A stretch of DNA of 50,859 nucleotides, from NCBI RefSeq assembly GCF_049593775.1, contig NZ_JBAWHJ010000124.1, positions 1 through 50,859 on the forward strand, read 5' to 3'. Shown piece after piece: positions 18,357 through 28,600 of this stretch. The translations under genes were made by a program, and so were the position numbers. Position 1 is the first letter of the stretch; each line of letters opens with the position of its first letter. The notes beneath the pieces were generated by a model. That model was not told the DNA's origin. It made no database searches and saw only the letters and a program-made list of their open reading frames with translations. The DNA comes from Dokdonella sp. (GTDB lineage Bacteria > Pseudomonadota > Gammaproteobacteria > Xanthomonadales > Rhodanobacteraceae).

Positions 18357-19247
18357 TCAGGCGTCGGCGTCAGTGGCCCAGCCTTCACCGCTGCCGCGTT
18401 GATAGACCTTGTCCTCATCCTGCACCGAACCTGCAGGCAGGGACTCCATCGGGGCCAGCTCTTGATAGATCGGCAGGAAGTCCGGTCGCGTTGCATCCAT
18501 CAGCTGCTCGAAGCTGTCGATGACGAAGTAGGTTTTCTGGAATGTGTCGATCCGATAGCGAGTGCGCATGATGCGCTTCAAATCGAAGCCGATACGATTC
18601 GGAGATGCCGACTCCAGGCTGTGAATCGACTCGCCCTTGGAAGACACGATGCCCGAACCATAGATGCGCAAGCCGTCATCCTGGCGGATCAGGCCAAACT
18701 CCACCGTGTACCAGTACAGTCGCGTCAGGTTGACCAGCGCTTCGGCACTAACGGCGTGCGCCTTGACTCCACCACGACCGTAGGCGGCCATATAGTCGGC
18801 GAAAACGGGATTGAGCAACAACGGCACATGTCCGAACAGGTCATGGAACATGTCGGGCTCGGCGATGTAGTCGATCTGGTCGGGGCGGCGGATCCACCAG
18901 GTCACCGGAAAGCGGCGGTTGGCCAGGTGTTCGAAAAATGTCAGTTCCGGCAGCAAGCCTTCGACACCAATCAGTTGCCAGCCCGTGGTCTTTGCCAGCA
19001 CCTCATTGAGTTCCTCGAAGCGCGGTATCTGATCCGGCGTCATGCGGAAGCGTTTCTGGTTTTCAATGAACTCGTTGCAGGCACGGCCCTTGAGGATTTC
19101 TCGCTGGCGACGAAACAGGGTGGCCCAGGTTGCGTGATCCTCCGCCGTGTAGCTGTCCCAGGGCTGGTCGACGACGGCCGTGGTGTAGACGGGCACATAG
19201 CCTTTGTCAGTGAGCAGGTTTTCGACGCGGCGGGGTTCGCTGGACAT
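18357..19247 (-). CDS. phhA: Phenylalanine 4-monooxygenase
   Basis: EPDMFHDLFGHVP iron ligands, LYWYTVEFGL, YGSGIVSS, YRIDTFQKTYFVI. Confidence 0.95.
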   Translation of the reverse strand: MSSEPRRVENLLTDKGYVPVYTTAVVDQPWDSYTAEDHATWATLFRRQREILKGRACNEFIENQKRFRMTPDQIPRFEELNEVLAKTTGWQLIGVEGLLPELTFFEHLANRRFPVTWWIRRPDQIDYIAEPDMFHDLFGHVPLLLNPVFADYMAAYGRGGVKAHAVSAEALVNLTRLYWYTVEFGLIRQDDGLRIYGSGIVSSKGESIHSLESASPNRIGFDLKRIMRTRYRIDTFQKTYFVIDSFEQLMDATRPDFLPIYQELAPMESLPAGSVQDEDKVYQRGSGEGWATDADA

Positions 19248-19373
19248 GGCGTTCAAGGCAGATGGACGAGCCCTCCATGCTAGAGGCTCGGGCGCGCAAC
19301 AGGCTTGCGTATTTGCCTCTTGACGGCCTGATGGCGCATATTTCGAGCGTCGTTTAATCAAATTGCGCAATAA

Positions 19374-19868
19374 ATGAGCGAATCAAGCGTTTCAGCACTG
19401 GATCGCACCGACCTCCGCATACTCGCCCTCCTGCAGCGCAGCGGCCGAGCGACCAACACGGAACTAGCCGAGGCAGTGAACCTGTCTGCATCGGCCTGCC
19501 TGCGGCGCATTCAGCGCCTGGAGGCTGACGGGGTCATTGCCGGCTATGCCGCCCTGGTCAACCCGCAGGCCGTGGGTCTCGGCCTGCAAGCATTCGTCCG
19601 TGTCCAGCTTGAAAAGCACGGGACCCCGCAAGTGCAAAACTTCGTGGAAAGCGTGCAGAGCTGGGACGAAGTGATGGCCTGCCACGCGCTGACCGGCGAA
19701 ATGGACTACCTGCTGCATATCGCGGTCAGCGACCTCGAACACTTCTCGCGATTCCTGCTCGACAAGCTTCTCAACGGACCCGGCGTTGCGGATGTCAATT
19801 CCAGCCTGGTCCTGCGTACCGTCAAGCAAACCCGCGAATTGCCGCTGGAGCACTTGCAGCGCGGTTAG
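19374..19868 (+). CDS. Lrp/AsnC family regulator divergent from phhA
   Basis: LDRTDLRIL..LQ, HTH LSASACLRRIQRLE, TGEMDYLL. Confidence 0.92.
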   Translation: MSESSVSALDRTDLRILALLQRSGRATNTELAEAVNLSASACLRRIQRLEADGVIAGYAALVNPQAVGLGLQAFVRVQLEKHGTPQVQNFVESVQSWDEVMACHALTGEMDYLLHIAVSDLEHFSRFLLDKLLNGPGVADVNSSLVLRTVKQTRELPLEHLQRG

Positions 19869-19894
19869 TCAGAATCGTTCCTGCCGACAATGGG

Positions 19895-20695
19895 CTAGTG
19901 CAGGGTTTGCGAGTTGCCATCCTCGTCGCGCCTGCGCCGGGGAAAGGCAAGGATTCGGGAGTCATCTTCGGCATTCGCATCGCGCTTCCACAAGACCGGT
20001 ACGTCATCGGGGCGCGGCATCTCGAGTTCCGCATCAAGCAGGGAGCCGTCTTCGTCATCTTCGTCTTCCCAGCTATAGCGCTTGCGGACCGGCTTGGGAT
20101 CGAGTCGAAACAACAGGATCGCGGCAATCACGCCGCTGATTGCGCCAGCCAGATGGTATTCAAAGGAAACCTGTTCCTCGCGCGGCAGCACGGTCAGCAA
20201 CATGCCGCCATAGAAGAAGAACACGACGAGTGAAATGGCGACCCCAAGGCGATCGCGACGCAGCAGCCCGGTCAGGAACAGGAAGAACATCAGGCCATGG
20301 TTGATGCCGCTCATGCCCACATGGCTGGAATCGCGAGCGAACAGCCAGACACCGATCCCGGCAAGCAGCCAGATCGTCGGCAATGCGAATCGCGCCGCCA
20401 ACGGATAGGCGTACAAGGTCAGCGTGGCAAGCAGGGCCAGCGGCAACGTGTTCGACATCAGGTGCGAGAACGAGGCATGCGCCAGTGGCGCGCTGAGAAT
20501 GCCGACCAGCCCGCGCAGACGTCGTGGTTCGATACCGAGATCGCTCATCGACCACCCCAGCAACCAGCCGCCAATCCAGACCAGCCAGATGCCGGCAAGC
20601 AGAATCGCTGCGCTGAATACGGCGTAGTTGATCCGCTCCCGGTCGAATTTGACTGCTGCGCTGCCGGGATCTGGTGTCGGGGGTGCAATGTCCAT
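19895..20695 (-). CDS. Rhomboid family intramembrane serine protease
   Basis: HASFSHLMSN, catalytic GMSG and FEYHLAG; acidic C-terminal tail. Confidence 0.88.
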   Translation of the reverse strand: MDIAPPTPDPGSAAVKFDRERINYAVFSAAILLAGIWLVWIGGWLLGWSMSDLGIEPRRLRGLVGILSAPLAHASFSHLMSNTLPLALLATLTLYAYPLAARFALPTIWLLAGIGVWLFARDSSHVGMSGINHGLMFFLFLTGLLRRDRLGVAISLVVFFFYGGMLLTVLPREEQVSFEYHLAGAISGVIAAILLFRLDPKPVRKRYSWEDEDDEDGSLLDAELEMPRPDDVPVLWKRDANAEDDSRILAFPRRRRDEDGNSQTLH

Positions 20696-21169
20696 GGGCA
20701 AGACGTTGGGTCGCCCCCGGCCGCTGCAAGGGTGGCTGACGCGGTGGCGGGCAAGTGGCTCCGTCAAATGGCAGCCGTATCGCATCACCGGGCGGCGTGA
20801 ATGTCGGATGCGCGCTGATTGGAGTTCTGGCGGCAGTTCTTCCACCCGGAAATGACGCGCGGACGCTCGAATCACGAGCTCTCGCGCGAGCACGATCCGG
20901 CCTCATTTAACTTCTTGTCTCGGCGCAAGCGTGAAACTCGGGGTGGGAGGCGCAGGGTTTCCCCGTTCGGCGAGCCTGGGCCGAGTTCGGCGGGCCTGGG
21001 CTGACGGGCGTTGCATGCACACCAGGCGTTGGTTGTGCTGGGTTTGCTGCTCTGGTGAGGGCTGGTTTCCCTGGTCCATGCCATGGCTGGACCGAGTGGC
21101 AAACGGTCGCGCCTCACCGGGGTTGGCTCGAAATTTGCTGAAGTTTGGTAACCAACCCCTTGAGCCGCC

Positions 21170-22387
21170 ATGATTTTTCACATTCCAACAGCAATGCAAC
21201 TGACAGCGACGATGAGCACGCTCATCGGCCTCGCACTGGCAGTGACCGTTACCGGCTATCCGAAGTCGCTGCGCAAGCCGATGCGCTTGTGGGTTCGCGG
21301 CTTGCTGATCCAGCCCTTCTCGTTCGTCCTGTTTTCCCTGCGCGGGCAGATACCGGACTGGCTCTCGATCATTGTTGGCAACATCTTGCTGATCATAGCC
21401 TTTGCCCATGTCAGCCAGGCGTTGCGGGCCTACAACCGAAAGTCGCAATTGAACGCCCTCATGTTCGCTATTTTCGGAATCACCATCGTCGGCGTGATTC
21501 TGCTGACCTATGTCTGGCCGACCCTGCTGGGTCGAATCACGCTGATATCGCTTGTGCTTGCCGTGCTGGCCGGGATCGGAGTCGACGCCATCTACCGAGG
21601 CCAGCATCGCATCACGCGTCCCGAGCACATGGTCGCGACCATGCTGCTGGTCGGCATCGTCATCATGATGGTGCGGATCTTGTACGCGCCCGACGCTGGG
21701 CTCATCGAGCTGACCACTTCATCGCCGATGCAAGGCATCGTGTTCACCTACGGATCCTTGCTGCCGGTGATCGCGACTTCGGGATTCCTGCTCATGTGTG
21801 GCGAGCGCATGAACGAAGACCTCTCACGCCTGGCCACCATCGATTCGCTGACCGGCGTCTACAACCGCCGTACTTTGACCGAGCTGGCCGGCAAGGCCAT
21901 TACGGCGAGCAAGCGCCACGGCCGCGCGCTTTCGCTGCTGATCCTCGATATCGACCACTTCAAGCGCATCAACGATGAATTCGGCCACGAGGCGGGCGAC
22001 CTCGCGTTGTGTCGCGTGGTCGAGATCATGCGCAGCACGCTGCGCGAATCGGATCTGACTGCACGGCTGGGCGGTGAAGAATTCGTAGCGATCCTGCCGG
22101 ATACGGATGAAGCATCGGCCTTCGTGCTGGCCGAGCGCCTGCGTGAGGAGCTGGCCGCGAGCAATTTCTCGATCAGCGGCTGGCCCGTTCCATTGCGGGC
22201 GTCAATCGGCGTCGGCTCGCTGGGGCCAACCATCAGCGATCTGGAAACCCTGATGCGTGAAACCGATCGCGCAATGTATTCAGCCAAGCGCGGCGGCCGC
22301 AATCGGGTCGCAGCGGCATCAAGCCTGGAAAAGGTTCAGGGCGGGCTGCGGCAAGGGCAGCCGGAAGCCTCCTCCGAGTCCTACTGA
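21170..22387 (+). CDS. Membrane-bound diguanylate cyclase (multi-TM + GGDEF)
   Basis: About seven TM segments; DSLTGVYNRR, DIDHFKRINDEFGH, I-site RESD and active-site GGEEF. Confidence 0.92.
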   Translation: MIFHIPTAMQLTATMSTLIGLALAVTVTGYPKSLRKPMRLWVRGLLIQPFSFVLFSLRGQIPDWLSIIVGNILLIIAFAHVSQALRAYNRKSQLNALMFAIFGITIVGVILLTYVWPTLLGRITLISLVLAVLAGIGVDAIYRGQHRITRPEHMVATMLLVGIVIMMVRILYAPDAGLIELTTSSPMQGIVFTYGSLLPVIATSGFLLMCGERMNEDLSRLATIDSLTGVYNRRTLTELAGKAITASKRHGRALSLLILDIDHFKRINDEFGHEAGDLALCRVVEIMRSTLRESDLTARLGGEEFVAILPDTDEASAFVLAERLREELAASNFSISGWPVPLRASIGVGSLGPTISDLETLMRETDRAMYSAKRGGRNRVAAASSLEKVQGGLRQGQPEASSESY

Positions 22388-23328
22388 GACCGGGGCAGCA
22401 AGCGGCTGGCCACCAGCGAGCTGCCGATCAACAGGGCCACCATGCCCAACGAGAGTCCGATCGGCACTTTCCAGATATCGACGATGAGCATCTTGGCCCC
22501 GATAAAGACCAGTACCGCTGCCAGCCCGTAGTTGAGCAGATGAAAGCGGTCCGCCATGCCCGCAATCAGAAAGAACAGCGCGCGCAGGCCAAGCACCGCA
22601 AACACATTCGAGGTGAGAACGATAAACGGATCTTCGGTGATGGCGAATATCGCCGGAATGGAATCCACCGCAAAGATCACATCGGTCACCGCGAGCAATG
22701 CGATCACCGCGAACATCGGCGTGAACCAGCGCACCCCATCCTTTACAACGGTCATCGCGGTGCCGTGATATTCGGTTGTCATGCGCAAGTGGCCGCGCAT
22801 CCAGCGCATCATCGGGTTGGCTTCGAAGTCGGCTTCGTCATTCGGTGCCTGGACCATCTTGATGCCGGTATAGACCAGGAACGCACCGAACAGATACAGG
22901 ATCCAGTGATAGCGCGCGATCAGGGCCGCGCCGATGAAGATCAGGATCGCTCGCAGCACGATGGCGCCCAGGATGCCAACCATGAGGGCGCGCTGCTGCA
23001 GTTCGGCGCTGACGCCGAATCGCGAGAAGATCAGCAGGAACACGAAGATGTTGTCGATCGCCAGGGCCTTTTCGACCACGTAGCCGGTCAGGAACTGCAG
23101 CGCGGTCTCGTCGGCAACTTCCTGGCTGACATGCCCGCTCAACCAGTACCAGAGCCCCAGGTTGAACAGCATGGCCAGCACGATCCAGGCAATGCTCCAG
23201 AGCGCGGCTTCCTTAAACGAGACCTTGTGCGCGCCGCCGGCGCGCAGCACGACGAAATCGATGATCAGTGCGACGACGACCAGGAGTCCGAAGACTGACC
23301 ATAGGCCGGGGGTTCCGATCGTGTGCAT
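22381..23328 (-). CDS. alx: TerC/Alx family membrane protein
   Basis: EKALAIDNIFVF, DVIFAVDSIPAI, TSNVFAVLGLRAL; upstream yybP-ykoY riboswitch as for Alx. Confidence 0.88.
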   Translation of the reverse strand: MHTIGTPGLWSVFGLLVVVALIIDFVVLRAGGAHKVSFKEAALWSIAWIVLAMLFNLGLWYWLSGHVSQEVADETALQFLTGYVVEKALAIDNIFVFLLIFSRFGVSAELQQRALMVGILGAIVLRAILIFIGAALIARYHWILYLFGAFLVYTGIKMVQAPNDEADFEANPMMRWMRGHLRMTTEYHGTAMTVVKDGVRWFTPMFAVIALLAVTDVIFAVDSIPAIFAITEDPFIVLTSNVFAVLGLRALFFLIAGMADRFHLLNYGLAAVLVFIGAKMLIVDIWKVPIGLSLGMVALLIGSSLVASRLLPRSQ

Positions 23329-23346
23329 TGCGTCGACTCCAGATGC

Positions 23347-23383
23347 AAAAAAGGCCCCGCGCCGGTGACGGCAGGCAGGGCCT
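23347..23383 (-). terminator. Terminator-like hairpin in the riboswitch expression platform
   Basis: Minus strand AGGCCCTGC...GCGGGGCCT followed by a T tract, just before the GGAG RBS of alx. Confidence 0.55.
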
Positions 23384-23418
23384 CGGTAAGTACCGGGCAC
23401 AGCTTCGCCGTCGTACGG

Positions 23419-23532
23419 CGAAGGTCTTGCTCGCAGGATTCGATGCAGAACATCGGAAACTGCCTGCCGGACCGGGACCGGCGGGGCGGTCCGTGCTGAC
23501 GATCACGGCAACGGGAGAGCTACTCCCCTTCG
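23419..23532 (-). ncRNA. yybP-ykoY manganese riboswitch
   Basis: Minus strand CGAAGGGGAGTAGC...CGTCAGCACGG...GAGCAAGACCTTCG matches the conserved P1/L1/L3 signatures; 5' of a TerC/Alx gene. Confidence 0.88.
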
Positions 23533-23807
23533 ATTACGCGCACGACTTTATCCGAATGCCTGCCAAAAGTCATGGGTGTTCGCGGTGACAAAGAGTGACC
23601 GGATGACCAGCCCTCCACGGTCGGGGGCGGGGATGGGATAGGCTGGCCCACGCCGGCTCTCGCAGGTGAGGTGAATGCAAGCGAACCCGAGCGCCGCAAG
23701 AACAGGCATGCCCGGCGCTGCGCAGAGATGCCGAAATGCGGCATCCCTCGCGATGCAATGCGCAATCGCGGAAAACTTCCGGTGTCACCTTCGCTTATCA
23801 TTCACCG

Positions 23808-24992
23808 ATGAGTATCCATCCGCCGGGACCGCTGCCCGTTGTACAGCTGAAAATCGAACGCCGTTCAAACCACCCCTGGATCTACCAGAAGATGGTCGAG
23901 CGCCCCGAGCCGAAGCCCAAGCCCGGCAGCATCGTCGAAATCGTCGACCGAAACGGCGAATACGCCGGCCGCGGTTTCTACAACGGTCATTCGCGCATCA
24001 GCCTGCGCGTGCTCACAAGCGACGTGGAAGAACAGGTAGATGAGGCCTTCTTCGCGCGCAAGATCCATGCGGCCGTGGTGCTTCGGCGTGAATTGCTGAA
24101 ACTCGACGCCGTCACCGACGCCTATCGGCTGATCCATTCCGAAGGCGATGGCCTGTCCGGGCTGGTCGTGGACCGATTCGCCGGCACCCTCGTCATAGAG
24201 TTTTTCTCGGCGGGCATGTACAAGCAGCGCGAACTGATCCGCAACTGCCTGCTTGAGCATTTTCCGGGCAGCGCGGTCTACGCGTATGCCGAGCAGCATG
24301 TCCAGAAGCAGGAGAGCTTCGACTGTGCCGTTCCGGCAATGCCGGAACCGACGGTCATCCACGAACATGGCGTGAAATACCACGCTGCACCCGGTAGCAA
24401 GCACAAGACCGGTTTCTTCGTGGACCAGCGTGACAACCGCAAGGCGCTGGCCGAATTCTGCCAGGACAAGCGCGTACTCGACCTGTGCTGCAATTCCGGT
24501 GGTTTCGGCATTGCCGCCATGACAATCGGTGGCGCCAGCGAAGTGGTTGGCATCGACCTCGACGAGAGCATCCTCGAAATAGCCGAGAAGAATGCCTATC
24601 TCAACAAGGCCAAGGTGCGCTTCGTCCAGGCCGATATCTTCCACTGGTTGCGCGATTTCCCGAACAACAAGGCCGAAAAATTTGATGTCGTGATCCTGGA
24701 TCCGGCCAAGATGACACGCGATCGCGAGCAGGTGATCCCGGCGCTGAAAAAATACCTCGACATGAACAAGCTGGCGATGGGCGCACTCAAGCCCGGCGGC
24801 ATCCTGCTGACCTGCTCCTGCACCGGCCTGGTCAGCGAGGATCAGTTCCTCGACATGCTTCGCCGCGCCGCGTTCTACGCCGGACGAACCGCCCAGGTGC
24901 TCAAGGTGACTGGCGCTGGTGCCGATCATCCGTGGCTGGCCCACGTCCCGGAAAGTCGCTATCTGAAGGCGGTATTCTGTCGCGTGGATTGA
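23808..24992 (+). CDS. rlmI: RlmI-like class I SAM-dependent rRNA methyltransferase
   Basis: PUA-like HPWIY, SEGDGLSGLVVDRF, KTGFFVDQRDNR, VLDLCCNSGGF, FDVVILDPAK, TCSC, YLK. Confidence 0.82.
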   Translation: MSIHPPGPLPVVQLKIERRSNHPWIYQKMVERPEPKPKPGSIVEIVDRNGEYAGRGFYNGHSRISLRVLTSDVEEQVDEAFFARKIHAAVVLRRELLKLDAVTDAYRLIHSEGDGLSGLVVDRFAGTLVIEFFSAGMYKQRELIRNCLLEHFPGSAVYAYAEQHVQKQESFDCAVPAMPEPTVIHEHGVKYHAAPGSKHKTGFFVDQRDNRKALAEFCQDKRVLDLCCNSGGFGIAAMTIGGASEVVGIDLDESILEIAEKNAYLNKAKVRFVQADIFHWLRDFPNNKAEKFDVVILDPAKMTRDREQVIPALKKYLDMNKLAMGALKPGGILLTCSCTGLVSEDQFLDMLRRAAFYAGRTAQVLKVTGAGADHPWLAHVPESRYLKAVFCRVD

Positions 24993-25108
24993 GCCTGGTG
25001 GCGCGAAGACACCACGCGCCGCCGTTCGGTTTCCAGTCGATCGGCCGTCCTGAGCGCGAAATGGTTTGACTGATAGAATTCCGAACAGCTTCACAAACGG
25101 GAATCAGA

Positions 25109-25720
25109 ATGGCGCGGCACGGCAAGAAAACCACCATTGCACCCACGGTCAGCGTGGCCCAGGCGGAAGAGGCCGTGCGCACCCTGCTGCGTTGGGCCGG
25201 CGAGGACCCGCAGCGCGAAGGCCTGCTGGATACGCCCAAGCGTGTCGTCAATGCCTATCGCGACTGGTTCTCAGGATACGCACTCGATCCCGCCGAATAC
25301 CTGCGTCGCACCTTCGAGGAAGTCGCCGGCTACGATGAAATGATCGTGCTGCGTGACATCGAATTCGAATCCTACTGCGAACATCACATGGCGCCGATCA
25401 TCGGTCGCGCGCACATTGGCTATCTGCCCACCGACAAGGTGGTTGGCATCAGCAAGCTGGCTCGCGTCGTGGATGCCTACTCACGACGCTTCCAGGTCCA
25501 GGAAAAACTGACCGCTCAGGTCGCCCACTGCATCGAGGACGTGCTCAAGCCGCGCGGAGTCGGGGTCGTCATCGATGCCGTGCATCAATGCATGACCACT
25601 CGTGGCGTGCACAAGCGAGGCGTGTCGATGATCACCAGCCAGATGCTTGGCGACTTTCGCGAGGATGCGCGCACGCGTGCCGAGTTCCTGCGCTTCATCG
25701 ATATCAATTCGAAGTCGTAA
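25109..25720 (+). CDS. folE: GTP cyclohydrolase I
   Basis: [38 protein letters not shown]. Confidence 0.95.
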   Translation: MARHGKKTTIAPTVSVAQAEEAVRTLLRWAGEDPQREGLLDTPKRVVNAYRDWFSGYALDPAEYLRRTFEEVAGYDEMIVLRDIEFESYCEHHMAPIIGRAHIGYLPTDKVVGISKLARVVDAYSRRFQVQEKLTAQVAHCIEDVLKPRGVGVVIDAVHQCMTTRGVHKRGVSMITSQMLGDFREDARTRAEFLRFIDINSKS

Positions 25721-25810
25721 GGGGATTGGCCCCCGCGACTTTCAGCAGGCGCAGGCGCCCGGGCAATTCCTGTATCGTGCGCTGCGCAGTCCTTCCGTGA
25801 TCCTTCCCGC

Positions 25811-27133
25811 ATGACTTCCGAGGCCGACCACAAGCCGCCGCGCCGCGCTGCGATCATCTTCGTGTTCATCACGGTGGTGCTCGACATGCTGGCCTTCGGC
25901 ATTATCATCCCGGTATTCCCGCATCTCGTGCAGGTCATGACCGGCGGCGAGATCAGTACTGCCGTGCGCTGGACCGGCATCATGGGCGCGATGTTCGGCC
26001 TCATGCAGTTCGTGTTCTCGCCGGTGCAGGGTGCGCTCTCCGACCGCTTCGGCAGGCGCCCGGTGATCCTCGCCTCGAATCTCGCGCTGGGCCTGGATTT
26101 TATCCTCATGGCCGTGGCCGAGACCCTTCCGATCCTGTTCATCGGACGCATCATTTCGGGCGTCGCGAGCGCGAGCATCTCGACCGCCAATGCCTACATC
26201 GCCGATGTCACCCCCAAGGACAAGCGAGCCGCCGCCTACGGCCTGATGGGCGCGGCGTTCGGCATCGGCTTCATCTTCGGCCCGGCGCTGGGCGGCTTCC
26301 TTGGCGGCTGGTCGGTACGTGCGCCTTTCTGGGTAGCGGCCGGACTGGCCCTGGCCAACTTCGTCTACGGCTATTTCATCTTGCCTGAATCGCTGCCCAG
26401 GGAACGTCGCAGCGCCCGCTTCGATTTCAGGGAGGCCAATCCGCTGGGCGCATTGCGCATGTTGCGTCGATACCCGCAGGTCTTCGCTTTGTCGATCGTG
26501 TTCTTCCTCGCCGCGCTGGCCCAGTTTTCCCTCAACTCCACCTTCGTGCTCTACAGCGACTACCGCTTTTCATGGGGGCCGCAGGAAGTCGGCTACACGC
26601 TGGCCCTGGTCGGGCTCTGCAGTGCCGTGGTCCAGGCCGGCCTGGTGCGCAGGCTTGTGCCGAAGTTTGGCGAACGCCGCGTCATGCTGGCCGGACTGGT
26701 ATTCGGCGTCTGCGGATTTCTCACCCTGGGATTCGCCGCGACCAGCACGCTGTTTCTGCTCGGCATTCCATTGCTGGCGCTGGCTGGCCTGGGTGGACCG
26801 ACCACGCAATCGATCATCACCCGCCAGGTAGATCCCGGCGAACAAGGTCGTCTGCAGGGTGCCATCACCAGCCTTGGCAGCCTGGCCACGGTGTTCGGGC
26901 CCTTCGTCTTCAGCCAGATCTTCGCCTTCTTCATCGGCCCCAGCGCACCGCTGCACTTGCCCGGCGCCGCCTTCATCCTGTCGGCGATGCTGCTCGCATT
27001 CGGCTTTATCCTGGGCTGGCGAGCCACCGTCGATCTGCACCCGATGACGCCCGAGCCAGCCGCGCATGCGGAAGCCGGCCTGCCAAGTTCAGGCGAGTTG
27101 CCGGCAATGGCGGATGTCGAGGATCGCAAGTGA
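25811..27133 (+). CDS. TCR/Tet-family (DHA1) MFS transporter
   Basis: About 12 TMs; motif [13 protein letters not shown] and motif [11 protein letters not shown]. Confidence 0.9.
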   Translation: MTSEADHKPPRRAAIIFVFITVVLDMLAFGIIIPVFPHLVQVMTGGEISTAVRWTGIMGAMFGLMQFVFSPVQGALSDRFGRRPVILASNLALGLDFILMAVAETLPILFIGRIISGVASASISTANAYIADVTPKDKRAAAYGLMGAAFGIGFIFGPALGGFLGGWSVRAPFWVAAGLALANFVYGYFILPESLPRERRSARFDFREANPLGALRMLRRYPQVFALSIVFFLAALAQFSLNSTFVLYSDYRFSWGPQEVGYTLALVGLCSAVVQAGLVRRLVPKFGERRVMLAGLVFGVCGFLTLGFAATSTLFLLGIPLLALAGLGGPTTQSIITRQVDPGEQGRLQGAITSLGSLATVFGPFVFSQIFAFFIGPSAPLHLPGAAFILSAMLLAFGFILGWRATVDLHPMTPEPAAHAEAGLPSSGELPAMADVEDRK

Positions 27134-27738
27134 CTGACACTACGGGCAAGCCGTGCGCGCCGTCCTGCGAGCGAAATCGCGAACCGATTCTTGCGGTCCT
27201 GCAAACGGTCTTTGCCGATCGCAGGCGTGTGCTCGAGATCGGCAGCGGCACCGGCCAGCATGCCGTGTATTTCGCCGCAGCCCTGCCACATCTCGCATGG
27301 CAGACCAGCGAGCGAGCAGAAAACCTGCAGGGCATAGAACTCTGGCTCGCGGAAGCCGGACTTGCCAATACGCCTCCACCGATCGAACTGGATGTGGGCC
27401 AGGCCAGCTGGCCTGACCAGCGTTTCGACGCCGTGTTCAGCGCCAACACCCTGCACATCATGGCCTGGCCCGAGGTCGAGCAATTGTTCGCCCGGCTTGC
27501 GGACGTGATGACCGAGGATGCAACGCTCGCTGTCTATGGACCCTTCAATATCAATGGCGACTACACCAGCGACAGCAATGCCGCCTTCGATCGCTGGCTG
27601 AAGGAACGAGGTGAGCACATGGGCATTCGCGACCTCGCTGATGTCGACGCGCTCGCAGCGCGCGCCGGGCTACTGCGGGTCGCGGATCACGAACTTCCGG
27701 CGAACAACCGCTGCGTGGTCTGGCAGCGTCGCAGCTGA
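27130..27738 (+). CDS. DUF938 family SAM-dependent methyltransferase
   Basis: ERNREPIL, VLEIGSGTGQH, ANTLHI, YGPF, LPANN; GTG start overlaps the MFS stop (GTGA). Confidence 0.88.
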   Translation: MTDTTGKPCAPSCERNREPILAVLQTVFADRRRVLEIGSGTGQHAVYFAAALPHLAWQTSERAENLQGIELWLAEAGLANTPPPIELDVGQASWPDQRFDAVFSANTLHIMAWPEVEQLFARLADVMTEDATLAVYGPFNINGDYTSDSNAAFDRWLKERGEHMGIRDLADVDALAARAGLLRVADHELPANNRCVVWQRRS

Positions 27739-27795
27739 AGTGGATCGGGCTGACCTGCTATCCGTGATTCCGTGCAAGGAACACAACCCCGCGCG

Positions 27796-28518
27796 TCAGA
27801 CGCCGGAATCGATTCGCGGGACCAGCTTCTCGGACATCGCCCGGCCAAACTCGACATAGCTGGCTTCCGAAGGGTGAAAGCCATCCGCGCAGAAGCGTTC
27901 GGCATGGGTCTCGAAATCGACGGGCACATGCAGGGCTTGCGGATGCGCTTCAAGCAGTTTTCTCGACAGACGATCCAGACTCTCGCCGCGAAATCCGATC
28001 ACGCTACGAAGCGGCTGGGGTAGAAGCGGAAATCCGCGGAGTGGCGGAATGCCGGCAACAGCGATGACCGCGCCCGGCGAATGTCGAGTCAGTGCGGACA
28101 GCAATCCGTCAAGATTCCCTTTCCATTTCGAAGTCCGCGTCAGCGCAGTGACATCGTTCACTCCGACCGACACGAGAAAGACATCGACCCGGTCGTTCGG
28201 CAATTTCGGCACCAGCTCGCTGAGCACGCCGGCGGAATCGATGCCGCTGCGGCCGATGGCCAGCCATTCCACTTCGCGTCCCAGTGAAGCAGCCAGCGAT
28301 TCAGCCGTACGCCCAACCAGTGCCCTGTCCAGCGTTGAAGCGCCGACGCCGGCGATGATCGAGTCGCCAATGGCGATCAGCCGAAGCGGTGGTCCACGGC
28401 CAACTCGACCCGAGGTCGGGCCTTTTGCCGGTGCCAGGCGCAGTGCATTGCGTCGCACGCGCAATGCCTGCATAGCCACAAGAGGCAATGCACTCCAGAA
28501 CATCAGGCTTCGCAACAT
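27796..28518 (-). CDS. SGNH/GDSL hydrolase
   Basis: GDSI block I, GVND block III, DGFHP block V. Confidence 0.88.
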   Translation of the reverse strand: MLRSLMFWSALPLVAMQALRVRRNALRLAPAKGPTSGRVGRGPPLRLIAIGDSIIAGVGASTLDRALVGRTAESLAASLGREVEWLAIGRSGIDSAGVLSELVPKLPNDRVDVFLVSVGVNDVTALTRTSKWKGNLDGLLSALTRHSPGAVIAVAGIPPLRGFPLLPQPLRSVIGFRGESLDRLSRKLLEAHPQALHVPVDFETHAERFCADGFHPSEASYVEFGRAMSEKLVPRIDSGV

Positions 28519-28600
28519 CAGCCCGTCATCCTCCGGGAGGCGACACTGGACAGTTGGCTTGCCGCAAGCCGAGCCAGGCTGAGATCCATGGCAACAGGGT

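Noticed and set aside
21096..21160. c-di-GMP-I (GEMM) riboswitch suggested by GGCAAAC upstream of a GGDEF gene
   Set aside because: The GNRA-capped P1 and the following GACGCAAAGC/P2 elements are absent.
26572..27129. Long N-terminal extensions in the ORF track (DUF938 from 26572, LemA from 30357, oxidoreductase from 8593, rhomboid from 20893)
   Set aside because: The extensions overlap other genes or lack family similarity; downstream starts fit domain boundaries, RBS or stop/start coupling better.
25811..27133. Acquired tetA resistance gene
   Set aside because: No TetR, no mobile-element context, and composition like the flanking genes; only family-level similarity is supportable.
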